The notes below the pieces were generated by a model. It searched no databases and was not told the origin of the DNA. It saw only the letters and a list, made by a program, of their open reading frames with translations. From Flavobacteriales bacterium (GTDB lineage: Bacteria; Bacteroidota; Bacteroidia; NS11-12g; UBA955): a stretch of 64,000 bases of DNA. The stretch is taken from positions 46,951 through 110,950 of the forward strand of contig CANHQZ010000002.1 of assembly GCA_947463125.1 (NCBI GenBank), read 5' to 3'. Below are positions 37,502 to 47,464 of this stretch, one piece after another; the first letter of the stretch is position 1, and each line of letters starts with the position of its first letter. A program made the translations under genes and the position numbers.

Positions 37502-38530
37502 ATGTCTTTGCGAAATATTTCTTACTTAGCGTCTGTTATTCCTGGCTTGCTTGCTATAGTGGGCAACGTAAAAGGCGGATACTGGACGCTGTCTGCAGCG
37601 GCCTTTGCACTGGTGATTCTCGGTTTGGTGGAATGGTTTGCCGGTAAAGACAGAAAAAACAACCATACTGAAAACCGCGATCCGTTTCCGGAGTTTATTT
37701 TATTTCTGCATGTAGCCGTGCAAACGGGCGTACTAATCACATTTTTCTTGGGTATTTATAATCAAACCCTGCAGGATGCATGGGTTTTCTGGGCCGCATT
37801 TTCAACCGGTGTTGCCGCGGGAATTGGTGGAATTGTCCCTGCGCATGAGCTTATCCACAAAGCCAATCCTGTAAAGCAGTTTTTGGGCAAGTATCTATTG
37901 ATGAGTTGCGGAAATGTATATTTTTTCACTCATCACTTGCGTATCCACCATCGCTATGTAGCCACCGACCACGATTCTGCCACGGCCCGAAAAGGGGAGA
38001 GTCTGTACGCCTTTATGTGGCGCACCATTCCCGGTCAGTACCGCGAAGCCTGGCAATCCGAATCAGAGATGCTGGGTAAAAAAGGCAAAAGTGCTTTTTC
38101 CTTTGGCAATGTTCTGTGGGTTCAAACCCTTATACAGCTTGTGTTTTTAACCGTTGTATACCTTGTTCTTGGGCCTGTGGGACTGGCTGCGTGGCTGCTC
38201 TACGTGCTGGTGGCACATGTGCTGCTGGAATATGTGAATTATATAGAGCATTACGGTTTGTACCGCGAAAACGATGAACGTGTTTCGGAGCTGCACAGCT
38301 GGAACAGCGACAGCCGTGTGAGCCGCTATCTGCTGGTGGATTTGAGCCGCCATGCCGATCATCATTTTTACGCCAGCAAGCCTTACCATACGTTGCAAAC
38401 CTTTGACAATGCTCCTGAACTGCCGGGCGGATATGCTGCATTGCTGGTCCCTGCACTGGTTCCGCCTCTGTGGAAAGCCCTGGTGCATCCGCGTTTGGCA
38501 GCGTGGGAAGAAAATCGCAAGGGGGCTTAA
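37502..38530 (+). CDS. AlkB-like alkane 1-monooxygenase / membrane diiron hydroxylase
   Basis: His boxes HELIH, HLRIHH, NYIEHYG, RHADHH; LPGGY; TM helices. Confidence 0.85.
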   Translation: MSLRNISYLASVIPGLLAIVGNVKGGYWTLSAAAFALVILGLVEWFAGKDRKNNHTENRDPFPEFILFLHVAVQTGVLITFFLGIYNQTLQDAWVFWAAFSTGVAAGIGGIVPAHELIHKANPVKQFLGKYLLMSCGNVYFFTHHLRIHHRYVATDHDSATARKGESLYAFMWRTIPGQYREAWQSESEMLGKKGKSAFSFGNVLWVQTLIQLVFLTVVYLVLGPVGLAAWLLYVLVAHVLLEYVNYIEHYGLYRENDERVSELHSWNSDSRVSRYLLVDLSRHADHHFYASKPYHTLQTFDNAPELPGGYAALLVPALVPPLWKALVHPRLAAWEENRKGA

Positions 38531-38553
38531 ACCTGGGCGCGATTTTTGCGTCT
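38528..38553 (+). promoter_or_regulatory. Candidate ECF sigma promoter TAAACC-N15-CGTCT
   Basis: AAC/CGT ECF-type geometry upstream of the sigma gene; same layout repeated at 39141. Confidence 0.55.
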
Positions 38554-38573
38554 AAAAGGGAAAGGCGCTTACG

Positions 38574-39143
38574 TTGAATCTCGAATCTCACTTTCAATCT
38601 ATCCAAGAAGCAACCGATAACCAGTTGGTGCTGCTGTTTAGGAGGGAAGACCGTCGTGAGATAGCGTTTACCGAGATTATGAATCGCTACAGCCGGAAAG
38701 TGTATTTCCACGTAAGAAACATGCTGCCGAGCCATGAAGATGCCGATGATGCAGCCCAGAATACGTTTGTGAAGGTTTGGGGGAATCTGGAAAAATTTAA
38801 GGGTGACAGCCAGTTATACAGTTGGATTTACCGCATTGCCACCAACGAGGCCCTTACAATTTTGCGCAAGCAAAAACCCAATGTTTCGCTGGAGGATGTT
38901 TTGCCTGAAACCATGGTTTCATCACAGGGAGGTGCTGAAACACTGGAATCCATCAGTCTGAAACTCCGCGAAGCCATGTCAGCGCTGCCACTGAAGCAGA
39001 AAATGGTGTTTTATCTTAAGTATTTTGAAGAACTTTCCTACGACCAGATTTCCGAAATTACAGAAACTTCTGTAGGCGCCCTCAAAGCCTCATATTTTCA
39101 CGCAGTGAAGAAAATTGAACAACATATCGAACGTAGTATTTAA
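38574..39143 (+). CDS. ECF RNA polymerase sigma-70 factor
   Basis: DADDAAQNTFVKVW, SWIYRIATN, LSYDQISEI...VGALKASY. Confidence 0.95.
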   Translation: MNLESHFQSIQEATDNQLVLLFRREDRREIAFTEIMNRYSRKVYFHVRNMLPSHEDADDAAQNTFVKVWGNLEKFKGDSQLYSWIYRIATNEALTILRKQKPNVSLEDVLPETMVSSQGGAETLESISLKLREAMSALPLKQKMVFYLKYFEELSYDQISEITETSVGALKASYFHAVKKIEQHIERSI

Positions 39144-39166
39144 ACCTTTTATAAATTAAAACATCT
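39141..39166 (+). promoter_or_regulatory. Candidate ECF sigma promoter TAAACC-N15-CATCT
   Basis: Same -35 hexamer and 15-bp spacer as the 38528 site. Confidence 0.5.
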
Positions 39167-39174
39167 TACCTACA

Positions 39175-39648
39175 ATGAAACAGGAAAAACCCATAAAGCA
39201 GCCCTTTGAAGCACCAGAAAATTATTTCGTGGACTTCAATCCCAGGGTTATGCAGAAAATAGAGGCTGAAAAGCAGGTGAAATCGCGGGTTTCATTCATT
39301 TTCAGACGTTCTTATGCATATGCAGCGGCCGCAGCCGCGATTATTATATTGATTGGAATAGGCCTTTACAAGGGTATGAATACCACCGAAGATCCCGGCA
39401 AAATGATGGTTGAAACAGTGAAAGCAGAACCTAAATCCGATACCGTTTTGGCAAAAACCAACGTAACCCATGAAGATGCTGTCATACAGGAATGGGTTGA
39501 GAGTGCAGAAGAAAAACCGGTGGTTGCTGTCAATGAATCACAGAAAAGCAAAGAGGAATTAAGTGTTGAACAAGAACTGGAAGCCGAAGGCCTGATTGTG
39601 ATGGATGTGGAAACCGCCTGGCTCGATGAAAACGAAATTTTACCATGA
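39175..39648 (+). CDS. Single-TM protein, probable anti-sigma factor
   Basis: PFEAPENYF N-terminal motif, one TM helix, directly after the ECF sigma gene. Confidence 0.7.
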   Translation: MKQEKPIKQPFEAPENYFVDFNPRVMQKIEAEKQVKSRVSFIFRRSYAYAAAAAAIIILIGIGLYKGMNTTEDPGKMMVETVKAEPKSDTVLAKTNVTHEDAVIQEWVESAEEKPVVAVNESQKSKEELSVEQELEAEGLIVMDVETAWLDENEILP

Positions 39649-40181
39649 GACATATATTATTTTTATCGTTTTTAGTGAGTCTGGGAAGTGTGTTTGCCCA
39701 GCCGTCAGATTCAGCAAGAAAAGCCAAAGTGGAGGCTATGAAGAAGATTCGCAGGGAATTGTACGTGCAGAAATTATCGCTGAGCGATGAGCAGGCACAG
39801 AAGTTCTTTCCGGTAATGAATGAATTTGAACAAAAGCAACGTGAACTGAAGAAACCGTTTCGCGATAAGTGGGGAACCAAGAAGCCCGAGGAACTTTCTG
39901 ATGCTGAAGCGGAAGTGTATCTCACCGAAGCTCATAAAATGAGGGAAGACGAGCTGAAACTGGCCAAAACATACGGCGATAAACTCAAACCGATTATCGG
40001 AGCTAAAAAGGTGCTGATGCTAAAGCGAGTGCAGCGCGAAGTGCAGGTTGAAATGGTACGTAAATTTCGTGAAATGCGCGGACAGGGAAGACCCGGTGGT
40101 CCCAAAGGCCCCGGCGGGCGCGGAGGTCATCGTCCCGGCGGCAAACACGGCCCGCCACCGCCTCCGCCCGATGATTATTGA
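39645..40181 (+). CDS. Periplasmic helical protein (Spy/CpxP-like) with Gly/Pro-rich tail
   Basis: Signal peptide; KLSLSDEQAQKFFPV motif; C-terminal GGPKGPGGRGGH...PPPPPP. Confidence 0.7.
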   Translation: MRHILFLSFLVSLGSVFAQPSDSARKAKVEAMKKIRRELYVQKLSLSDEQAQKFFPVMNEFEQKQRELKKPFRDKWGTKKPEELSDAEAEVYLTEAHKMREDELKLAKTYGDKLKPIIGAKKVLMLKRVQREVQVEMVRKFREMRGQGRPGGPKGPGGRGGHRPGGKHGPPPPPPDDY

Positions 40182-40219
40182 TTAACCAACAAAATGAATG
40201 TATCGCTTGTTTCTTTTGT

Positions 40220-41437
40220 GTGAAACCTGAAGTGATAATCGTAGGCGGCGGCATCTCAGGATTGTCCGCCGCCCGGCTTTTAAGCAGGAGAGGTGTCCCT
40301 TTTTTGTTGCTGGAATCTGAATTGCAGCCGGGGGGCAGGATTCAATCGGAAAATTACGATGGTTACATTCTGGACAAAGGTTTTCAGATTTTAAATACCG
40401 CTTACCCTGAATGGGAAAACCAACAGATTAACCTCAACGCGCTTTCCTTGAAATCGTTTGCCTCCGGTGCCAGAATTTTTCAGCATGGAAAGGTGCATAC
40501 GCTGGCAGATCCCTTCAGGGAAGGGCTTGTAGCCATAGAAGCGTTCTTCTCAAAGTCGGTATCCATTAAAGATATGTTTTTGGTGCTTAAGCTCCAAAGA
40601 CAATTGGAAAAATTGGGTCATCAGCAAATTTTCAGTTCAACGGAAATAACAACCCTGCAGTATTTGCAGGATTATGGCTTCAGCAAAACCTTTATAGAGA
40701 CTTTTTTCAAACCTTTTTATGCCGGAATATTTCTGGAACCGGAATTGAATACCCCGGCTGCTATGTTTGCTTTTGTTTTCAAAGCCTTTGCAGAAGGAAC
40801 GGCCGCATTGCCTGAAAAAGGCATGCAGCAATTGATAAAATTGATTTCATCGGAAATTAACCCTGATTGTATTCTAACATCAACACGGGTGAAACAGGTG
40901 CAGTCCGGATCGGTAACCCTGGAAGATGGTTCCGTGATTTCGGCACAGCATATCTGGATAACTTCGGGTTTATCTAAATTTCAAGGTGTTCAGCGAAATG
41001 CATGGAAAGGCAATCACAGCACTTCGGTATTGTATTTCTCCTCGGATATTGCCCCGAAATGGGGTAAATTCATAGGACTGAATGCCTCAGAAAACAGGCT
41101 GGTCAATCATTTCTGCATGCCATCTGCGGTCCAGCCGTCCTACAGTCCGGAAGGGAAGCATCTGTTAAGCGTGACCTTAAAGCCGGGTACCTCATACAGA
41201 GAAGGCATGGAAACGGAGGTGCAGGAAGAACTCAGGCAGATAAAAGCATTGGAACACCCAATAACTTTCCTCAAAGCCATTTCGGTGACCAATGCCTTGC
41301 CCAATTTAAGTTCCATGCGCTTTGAGCCGGAATTGATTCAGCTGCATGAAGGTGTGCTTGCCACCGGTGACTTTGCTGCATATCCTTCGGCCAATGCCGC
41401 CCTGCACGCAGGCCGCCTGCTCGTGGAAACCCTGTAA
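40220..41437 (+). CDS. FAD-dependent oxidoreductase (amine oxidase/protoporphyrinogen oxidase-like)
   Basis: [24 protein letters not shown]-terminal TGDF...AALHAGR. Confidence 0.85.
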   Translation: MKPEVIIVGGGISGLSAARLLSRRGVPFLLLESELQPGGRIQSENYDGYILDKGFQILNTAYPEWENQQINLNALSLKSFASGARIFQHGKVHTLADPFREGLVAIEAFFSKSVSIKDMFLVLKLQRQLEKLGHQQIFSSTEITTLQYLQDYGFSKTFIETFFKPFYAGIFLEPELNTPAAMFAFVFKAFAEGTAALPEKGMQQLIKLISSEINPDCILTSTRVKQVQSGSVTLEDGSVISAQHIWITSGLSKFQGVQRNAWKGNHSTSVLYFSSDIAPKWGKFIGLNASENRLVNHFCMPSAVQPSYSPEGKHLLSVTLKPGTSYREGMETEVQEELRQIKALEHPITFLKAISVTNALPNLSSMRFEPELIQLHEGVLATGDFAAYPSANAALHAGRLLVETL

Positions 41438-41480
41438 GTCAATTACGGAAAATCAGCGGCATACCCTTATTTTTGCCGTA

Positions 41481-43022
41481 ATGTCTAAAGCTCGCCAGAT
41501 CTTAGAGGCCAAACGCGCCGAATCACTGCAGGGTGGTGGTGAAAAACGCATCGCTTCTCAGCACGCCAAAGGAAAACTTACTGCCCGCGAACGTCTAAAC
41601 CTGCTCCTTGATGAAGGCAGTTTCTGCGAAATCGGGGCTTTTGTTACCCACCGCAGCAAGGACTTTGGCATGGAAAGCCAGCAGTTTTTGGGCGATGGCG
41701 TAGTAACAGGCTATGGCAAGGTAAACGGTCGTCTGGTATATGTTTTCTCCCAGGATTTCACAGTTTTTGGCGGTTCGCTCTCCGAAACCCATGCCGAAAA
41801 AATCTGCAAGATCATGGATATGGCCATGGAAAACGGAGCCCCGGTAATTGGCCTCAACGACAGTGGTGGTGCGCGCATTCAGGAGGGGGTGGTTTCTCTG
41901 GGCGGCTACGCCGATATTTTTTACCGCAATGTAATGAGCAGCGGGGTAGTGCCACAAATCAGCGCCATCATGGGCCCTTGCGCCGGCGGCGCGGTGTATT
42001 CTCCCGCACTTACGGATTTTATCATGATGGTGGAAAATACCTCCTACATGTTTGTTACCGGTCCGAATGTGGTAAAAACCGTTACCAATGAGGATGTGAG
42101 CAGTGAACAGCTGGGCGGAGCCTCCGTTCATGGCAGCAAAAGCGGCGTAGCCCATTTTACAGCCGCCAATGAAGTGGAAGCGATACTCAATATTAAACAG
42201 TTGCTAAGCTATTTGCCCCAAAACTGCGAGGAGAAACCGGCAGCACTGAGTTACCATGCCGGCAATGAAACCCGCGATGGTCTTAAAGGAATTGTACCTG
42301 AAAACCCCAATCAGCCGTATGACATGCGCGAAGTGATTGAAAATATTGTGGATGAAGCCAGTTTCTTCGAGGTGCATAAAGCATATGCCGAAAATATTAT
42401 CGTAGGATTTGCCCGCCTTGCAGGCAAGAGCATCGGCATTGTTGCCAACCAGCCTGCCCACTTGGCTGGTGTATTGGATGTGCACAGCAGCCAGAAAGGG
42501 GCTCGTTTTGTGCGTTTTTGCGATGCTTTCAATATTCCGTTGCTGGTGCTGGAAGATGTACCCGGTTTTCTGCCCGGTACAGACCAGGAGTGGAATGCCA
42601 TCATTACCAATGGAGCCAAATTGTTGTATGCATTTAGCGAAGCAACGGTCCCCAGAATTACGGTTATAACGCGCAAAGCCTATGGTGGAGCCTACGACGT
42701 GATGAACAGCAAGCATATTGGCGCAGACATGAATTTTGCCTGGCCCACGGCAGAAATCGCCGTAATGGGTGCCAAAGGTGCTGCTGAGATTATTTTCAAA
42801 AAAGAAATCGATGTTTCCGTTGATTCTCAGCAGGCCTTGAAAGATAAAGAAGCCGAATATGCCGGTATTTTCGCCAATCCTTACCGCGCTGCCGAGCGCG
42901 GGTTTGTAGATGAGGTGATTTTCCCGGAAGAAACCCGGCACAGGCTTATCATGGCTTTTGAAATGCTGGAGAATAAGGTTCGCAACCTTCCACGCAAAAA
43001 ACACGGAAACATACCTCTTTGA
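41481..43022 (+). CDS. pccB: Acyl-CoA (propionyl-CoA) carboxylase beta subunit
   Basis: [46 protein letters not shown]. Confidence 0.93.
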   Translation: MSKARQILEAKRAESLQGGGEKRIASQHAKGKLTARERLNLLLDEGSFCEIGAFVTHRSKDFGMESQQFLGDGVVTGYGKVNGRLVYVFSQDFTVFGGSLSETHAEKICKIMDMAMENGAPVIGLNDSGGARIQEGVVSLGGYADIFYRNVMSSGVVPQISAIMGPCAGGAVYSPALTDFIMMVENTSYMFVTGPNVVKTVTNEDVSSEQLGGASVHGSKSGVAHFTAANEVEAILNIKQLLSYLPQNCEEKPAALSYHAGNETRDGLKGIVPENPNQPYDMREVIENIVDEASFFEVHKAYAENIIVGFARLAGKSIGIVANQPAHLAGVLDVHSSQKGARFVRFCDAFNIPLLVLEDVPGFLPGTDQEWNAIITNGAKLLYAFSEATVPRITVITRKAYGGAYDVMNSKHIGADMNFAWPTAEIAVMGAKGAAEIIFKKEIDVSVDSQQALKDKEAEYAGIFANPYRAAERGFVDEVIFPEETRHRLIMAFEMLENKVRNLPRKKHGNIPL

Positions 43023-43702
43023 TGAAATTTAAAATTCTCAGCATTGCCATTGCTTTATTGGGTGCCGGTAAGCTTTCGGGACAGGAATTTGCCAGGGCTG
43101 AAGTGGATTATTCGGCTTTTACCAAGGGTAAAACCTTTGTCAGTGGCGGTTATGGGCTGATAAATGCCAATTTCATACTGGCAAGAACCCTGGAGAAATC
43201 TTTGCTGAGCGGTTGGGATGAAGTAAATTTCTCAAAGGTTCCCAATATTTATGTAAAAGGGGAGTATGCGCTTTCCAACCACGTTGGTGTAGGATTAAAT
43301 ATTGCCACCGGCGGATTGATTGCACATGTGTTTTTAGACAGTCTAAATAACCAGAATTTGCGCATAGCCGGCGATCTTACCTACAAGAGCTGGAGTGCGC
43401 TTGCACGAATCAATTACCATGTTTTAAATGATGGTCAGTGGGATTTATATGTGGGGCTTGGTTTGGGGCTCAGAATGAATACAGTTAAGGTTACTTCAAA
43501 TGATCCTTTGACAGATCGATGGAATTTTCCCGTAAAACTGGGAATAATCGAAAGGCAGATACCCAATTCCATTTCTTTTCCCTCCGTGGGAGCAGATCTT
43601 ACGCTTGGATTGTCTTACAATGTAACCCCGGGTGTAGCCATATACTCAGAACTGGGGATGGCTAAGAGTGCTTTACAGGCGGGTTTAAGGGTAGGATTCT
43701 GA
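43022..43702 (+). CDS. Small outer-membrane beta-barrel protein
   Basis: Signal peptide, alternating strands (ARINYH, DLYVGLGLG), C-terminal QAGLRVGF. Confidence 0.75.
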   Translation: MKFKILSIAIALLGAGKLSGQEFARAEVDYSAFTKGKTFVSGGYGLINANFILARTLEKSLLSGWDEVNFSKVPNIYVKGEYALSNHVGVGLNIATGGLIAHVFLDSLNNQNLRIAGDLTYKSWSALARINYHVLNDGQWDLYVGLGLGLRMNTVKVTSNDPLTDRWNFPVKLGIIERQIPNSISFPSVGADLTLGLSYNVTPGVAIYSELGMAKSALQAGLRVGF

Positions 43703-43765
43703 TAAGAGTGCTATTCCGATTTTTCTTGTTTTTTTGCTAAAAATTGCATATATTCATAAAAAAAT

Positions 43766-43786
43766 GGCCCTTTTTGGGTCTTTTTT
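43766..43786 (+). terminator. Possible intrinsic terminator
   Basis: GGCCC-TTTTT-GGGTC followed by T6; short stem. Confidence 0.4.
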
Positions 43787-43836
43787 GCCTGTTTTTTTGA
43801 ATTTTGCCGTTTCTTTGCCTACTCAAAATTCTCAAT

Positions 43837-44301
43837 ATGGATTTAAAAGAAATTCAGGCTCTGATCAAATTTGTATCAACCGCCGGCGTAGATGAAGTTG
43901 AAATCAACCGCAAAGATTTTAAACTGGTTATCAAAAAGAACGCTGTTCAAGTAACAGCCGTTTCTCCTGTTGCTATACCTCAGCAGATTGCTGTACCCTC
44001 AGCAATGCCTGCACCTGCAGTTGCCGCCGCACCTGCAGCGCCTGCATCTAAAACCGATAATCTTATCACCATTAAATCGCCTATGGTTGGTACTTTCTAC
44101 CGTTCCTCAAATCCCGACACACCTGCATTTGTGAATGTGGGCGATGAGGTTAAATCAGGAAAAGTAGTTTGTATCATTGAAGCCATGAAGCTGTTCAATG
44201 AGATTGAAAGCGAAGTAAGTGGCCGTATTGTAAAGGTTTTGGTTGAAAATGCCACACCGGTGGAATACGACCAGCCCTTGTTTCTGGTTGAGCCCGCATA
44301 A
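43837..44301 (+). CDS. accB: Biotin carboxyl carrier protein
   Basis: [17 protein letters not shown], Ala/Pro linker. Confidence 0.97.
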   Translation: MDLKEIQALIKFVSTAGVDEVEINRKDFKLVIKKNAVQVTAVSPVAIPQQIAVPSAMPAPAVAAAPAAPASKTDNLITIKSPMVGTFYRSSNPDTPAFVNVGDEVKSGKVVCIIEAMKLFNEIESEVSGRIVKVLVENATPVEYDQPLFLVEPA

Positions 44302-44323
44302 CCTTCTGTAAAAACAGATTCTT

Positions 44324-45661
44324 ATGTTTAAAAAAATCTTAATTGCCAACCGTGGCGAAATAGCCTTGCGTATTATTCGCACCTGTCGCGAGATGGGGAT
44401 AAAAACGGTAGCGGTTTATTCCACAGCCGATAAGGAAAGCCTCCATGTTCGTTTTGCCGATGAGGCCGTTTGTATTGGTCCGCCTGCCAGCAAAGACAGC
44501 TACCTGAATATGCCCCGAATTCTGGCAGCAGCTGAAGTTACCAATGCAGACGCTATCCATCCAGGTTATGGATTTTTGAGTGAAAACTCGAAATTCAGCG
44601 CTCTGTGCCGGGATCACGGTATTAAATTCATCGGAGCTACCCCCGAACAGATCGACTCTATGGGGGATAAGTCCAATGCCAAAGACACCATGAAAAAGGC
44701 CGGTGTGCCTACCATTCCCGGCAGTGACGGCTTGTTGGAAAGCATAGAGCAGGGGATGAAAATTGCCAAGAAGATTGGTTATCCCGTTATCATTAAAGCT
44801 ACAGCCGGTGGCGGAGGACGTGGCATGCGCATAGTATGGTCTGAAGATGAACTGGAAAACGCCTGGAATAGCGCCAAACAGGAGGCAGGAGCCGCGTTCG
44901 GAAACGACGGGCTCTACATGGAAAAATACATTGAGGAACCCCGCCATATCGAAATCCAGATTGCAGGAGACCAGTATGGTAAGGTTTGTCACCTCAGCGA
45001 GCGAGACTGTTCTATTCAGCGCCGCCACCAAAAACTGATTGAGGAAACCCCCAGTCCGTTTATGACACCTGAACTGCGCAAGAAGATGGGTAAGGCGGCC
45101 AAGGCAGCTGCCGAAATCATCAAATATGAAGGCGTAGGTACTGTGGAGTTTCTGGTGGATAAGCACCGCAATTTCTATTTCATGGAAATGAACACCCGTA
45201 TTCAGGTGGAGCATCCCGTAACCGAGGAAGTAATTAATTACGACCTGGTGAAAGAGCAAATCCTCATTGCGGCGGGAGTGCCCATCAGCGGTAAGGATTA
45301 TGAACCCACCAAATGCGCCATTGAGTGCAGGGTAAATGCGGAAGATATTTACAACAATTTCCGTCCCAGCCCCGGAACCATCACCTCCATGCACAAGCCT
45401 GGCGGCCATGGTACACGGGTAGATTCGCACATTTATGCAGGTTACAGCATTCCTCCGTTTTATGACAGCATGATTGCCAAACTGATTGTGTCTGCCCAAA
45501 CCCGGGAAGAAGCAATTGTGAAGATGGAGCGTGCTTTAAGCGAATTCGTGATTGAGGGTGTAAAAACCACTATACCGCTGCACCAGCAGATTATGCAGAA
45601 TGAAGATTTCCGGAAAGGAAACTTCACTACGGCTTTCATGAACTCATTCGAGATCAAGTAA
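44324..45661 (+). CDS. accC: Biotin carboxylase
   Basis: [40 protein letters not shown]. Confidence 0.98.
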   Translation: MFKKILIANRGEIALRIIRTCREMGIKTVAVYSTADKESLHVRFADEAVCIGPPASKDSYLNMPRILAAAEVTNADAIHPGYGFLSENSKFSALCRDHGIKFIGATPEQIDSMGDKSNAKDTMKKAGVPTIPGSDGLLESIEQGMKIAKKIGYPVIIKATAGGGGRGMRIVWSEDELENAWNSAKQEAGAAFGNDGLYMEKYIEEPRHIEIQIAGDQYGKVCHLSERDCSIQRRHQKLIEETPSPFMTPELRKKMGKAAKAAAEIIKYEGVGTVEFLVDKHRNFYFMEMNTRIQVEHPVTEEVINYDLVKEQILIAAGVPISGKDYEPTKCAIECRVNAEDIYNNFRPSPGTITSMHKPGGHGTRVDSHIYAGYSIPPFYDSMIAKLIVSAQTREEAIVKMERALSEFVIEGVKTTIPLHQQIMQNEDFRKGNFTTAFMNSFEIK

Positions 45662-45798
45662 AGTCCCCTTTATGTAGGGATAACCGGTAATATTCAGCGA
45701 TCGGAATTCCATTGAAGACCACAGAATAACAGGGTGAAAGCAATTTTTATAATTGCGGTACTTTTTATTGCACTTCTTAAAAGCTATTGGTTTAGCCC

Positions 45799-46224
45799 TC
45801 AACGCACCACAATTCCCACCGCCGAAAACTTTACTGAAACTTTCGGTGCTGTGATTTTAGCAGCTTCTGCTCCGCTAAGCCCTTCGCGCTGAGATTCAAT
45901 ACTCTGAGTATCCATATAAAAACGTCCTGCAGCGATACTGTGCATGCCTGCCACATCTTTGGGAATCGAGAATTTTTCAAATCCCACAAACTGCTCCACG
46001 GTGTCATGCTTTAGCACATACCAGCATCCTTCGCCGGTGCACAAGCGGCTGATTTTTCCTTTTATTACAGCTTCTGATTGGCCACTGCTCTTAAATTCTT
46101 CCAAAGCTTCAACTATGGTTGTTGCTTTTGCAGTATCAAATTTCTCACCATAGGAAGTAACGTTGCTTTTGCTGCCGCAAGCAAACAAGCCCAATACAAT
46201 CATGCTTAAAATTATCGGTTTCAT
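45799..46224 (-). CDS. DUF4920-like lipoprotein
   Basis: Lipobox LFAC; YGEKF, C..EGCW, F.IPKD motifs. Confidence 0.65.
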   Translation of the reverse strand: MKPIILSMIVLGLFACGSKSNVTSYGEKFDTAKATTIVEALEEFKSSGQSEAVIKGKISRLCTGEGCWYVLKHDTVEQFVGFEKFSIPKDVAGMHSIAAGRFYMDTQSIESQREGLSGAEAAKITAPKVSVKFSAVGIVVR

Positions 46225-46251
46225 ATTGCAAATAAAACAAAGAAACTGCAC

Positions 46252-47424
46252 TTATGGTTTTAATTGCCCAACGCCGGGAATGAAAGGATAAAGCAGGTAG
46301 CGGCTGCGCTGGTATTCAAACCGGTACAAATCTTCTTTCCATGAATCGCGTATTTTTTTTATAGAAGTTCCATTTAAAATGGCAGTGCGCAATTCGGTTC
46401 CTCCGGCCAGTTTATCAAAGAAAGGATTGAAGAATTTTTGTTTGTCAGGACATGCATTCAGCAGCATTTCATACCACTCAATGTACAGCTGCCGGCTACC
46501 GGTAATATAATTTCTTGCAAAATCCGTGAGAAGAAATCCACGGCAGGTATCACCCAGAAATGGCGGATTGACAGCTTTTCCGGGAATGTTTCTGGGCACA
46601 AACATGTAGTGCCCGTCTTTGAGCCAGGGTGCGCCAAAACACTCAAAAGGCTTATCTGTGCCCCGTCCCATACTCATTATAGTTCCTTCCATGAGGCCCA
46701 GCGTAGGGTAGAGCATGATACTTTCCTGGGTTGGTAAATTCGGTGAAGGCGGAACGGGCAGAATGTAAGCGGTGTTGTGGTCCCAGTTTTGAACCGGTAT
46801 TACTGTTAAAAGACATGTGTCTGCAGTTCTTAACCATTTTTCGCCATTAATCATGCGAGCCAGTTCTCCCAATGTCATACCATGCACCAGCGGTATAGGG
46901 TGCAGGCCTACCATGCTTTCAAATCCGGGCTTTAGCACAGGGCCATCCATGTAGTGTCCGTTGGGATTGGGCCTGTCCAGAACCAGCAATGGTTTTCCAT
47001 TTTCTGCGCAGGCCTGCATTACGTAATGCAAGGTGGTGAGATAGGTATAAAAACGAACTCCCACATCCTGAATGTCAAAAACCACCATATCAATTCCTTT
47101 CAGGTCTTTTTTGGTTGGTTTTACGTGTTTGCCATACAATGAAATAATGGGCAGTTTGGTTACAGGGTCTATGCCAGAAGCTACTTTTTCGCCATTGGCC
47201 GCATGTCCGCGAAACCCGTGTTCTGGCGCAAAAACTTTCTTCACCCTGATTTTTGAAGCCAGCAAGGTGTCTATGAGATGCCTGTTTCCCACTATAGAAG
47301 TCTGGTTGGCAACCACCGCAATGCGCTTCTTTTTGAGCAAAGGGAAGTACATATCGGTGCGATTAGCACCGGTAATTACAGGTTGTGAATTTGCGATAAA
47401 AGCAAATCCCAAGACAAAAACCAT
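46252..47424 (-). CDS. DUF1343 / NamZ-like exo-beta-N-acetylmuramidase
   Basis: FAPEHGFRG, FDIQDVGVRFYTY, LDRPNP, HGMTLGELA, PPSPNL; start approximate. Confidence 0.88.
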   Translation of the reverse strand: MVFVLGFAFIANSQPVITGANRTDMYFPLLKKKRIAVVANQTSIVGNRHLIDTLLASKIRVKKVFAPEHGFRGHAANGEKVASGIDPVTKLPIISLYGKHVKPTKKDLKGIDMVVFDIQDVGVRFYTYLTTLHYVMQACAENGKPLLVLDRPNPNGHYMDGPVLKPGFESMVGLHPIPLVHGMTLGELARMINGEKWLRTADTCLLTVIPVQNWDHNTAYILPVPPSPNLPTQESIMLYPTLGLMEGTIMSMGRGTDKPFECFGAPWLKDGHYMFVPRNIPGKAVNPPFLGDTCRGFLLTDFARNYITGSRQLYIEWYEMLLNACPDKQKFFNPFFDKLAGGTELRTAILNGTSIKKIRDSWKEDLYRFEYQRSRYLLYPFIPGVGQLKP

Positions 47425-47464
47425 GAATGCAGTTAACCACTTTTGCTGTACTTTTGAGGCAGCA

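Noticed and set aside
44339..45499. 386-aa antisense ORF opposite accC (similar ones opposite serS 33836-34768, pccB 42204-43004, SNF2 25368-26057 and maeB 17395-18018)
   Set aside because: Shadow ORFs of conserved genes, produced by codon bias; no recognisable motifs
45662..45798. Short hairpins after accC as a possible ncRNA
   Set aside because: Only weak stems (TCCC/GGGA, GCAATT/AATTGC); no tRNA or riboswitch features; may just be termination signals between convergent genes
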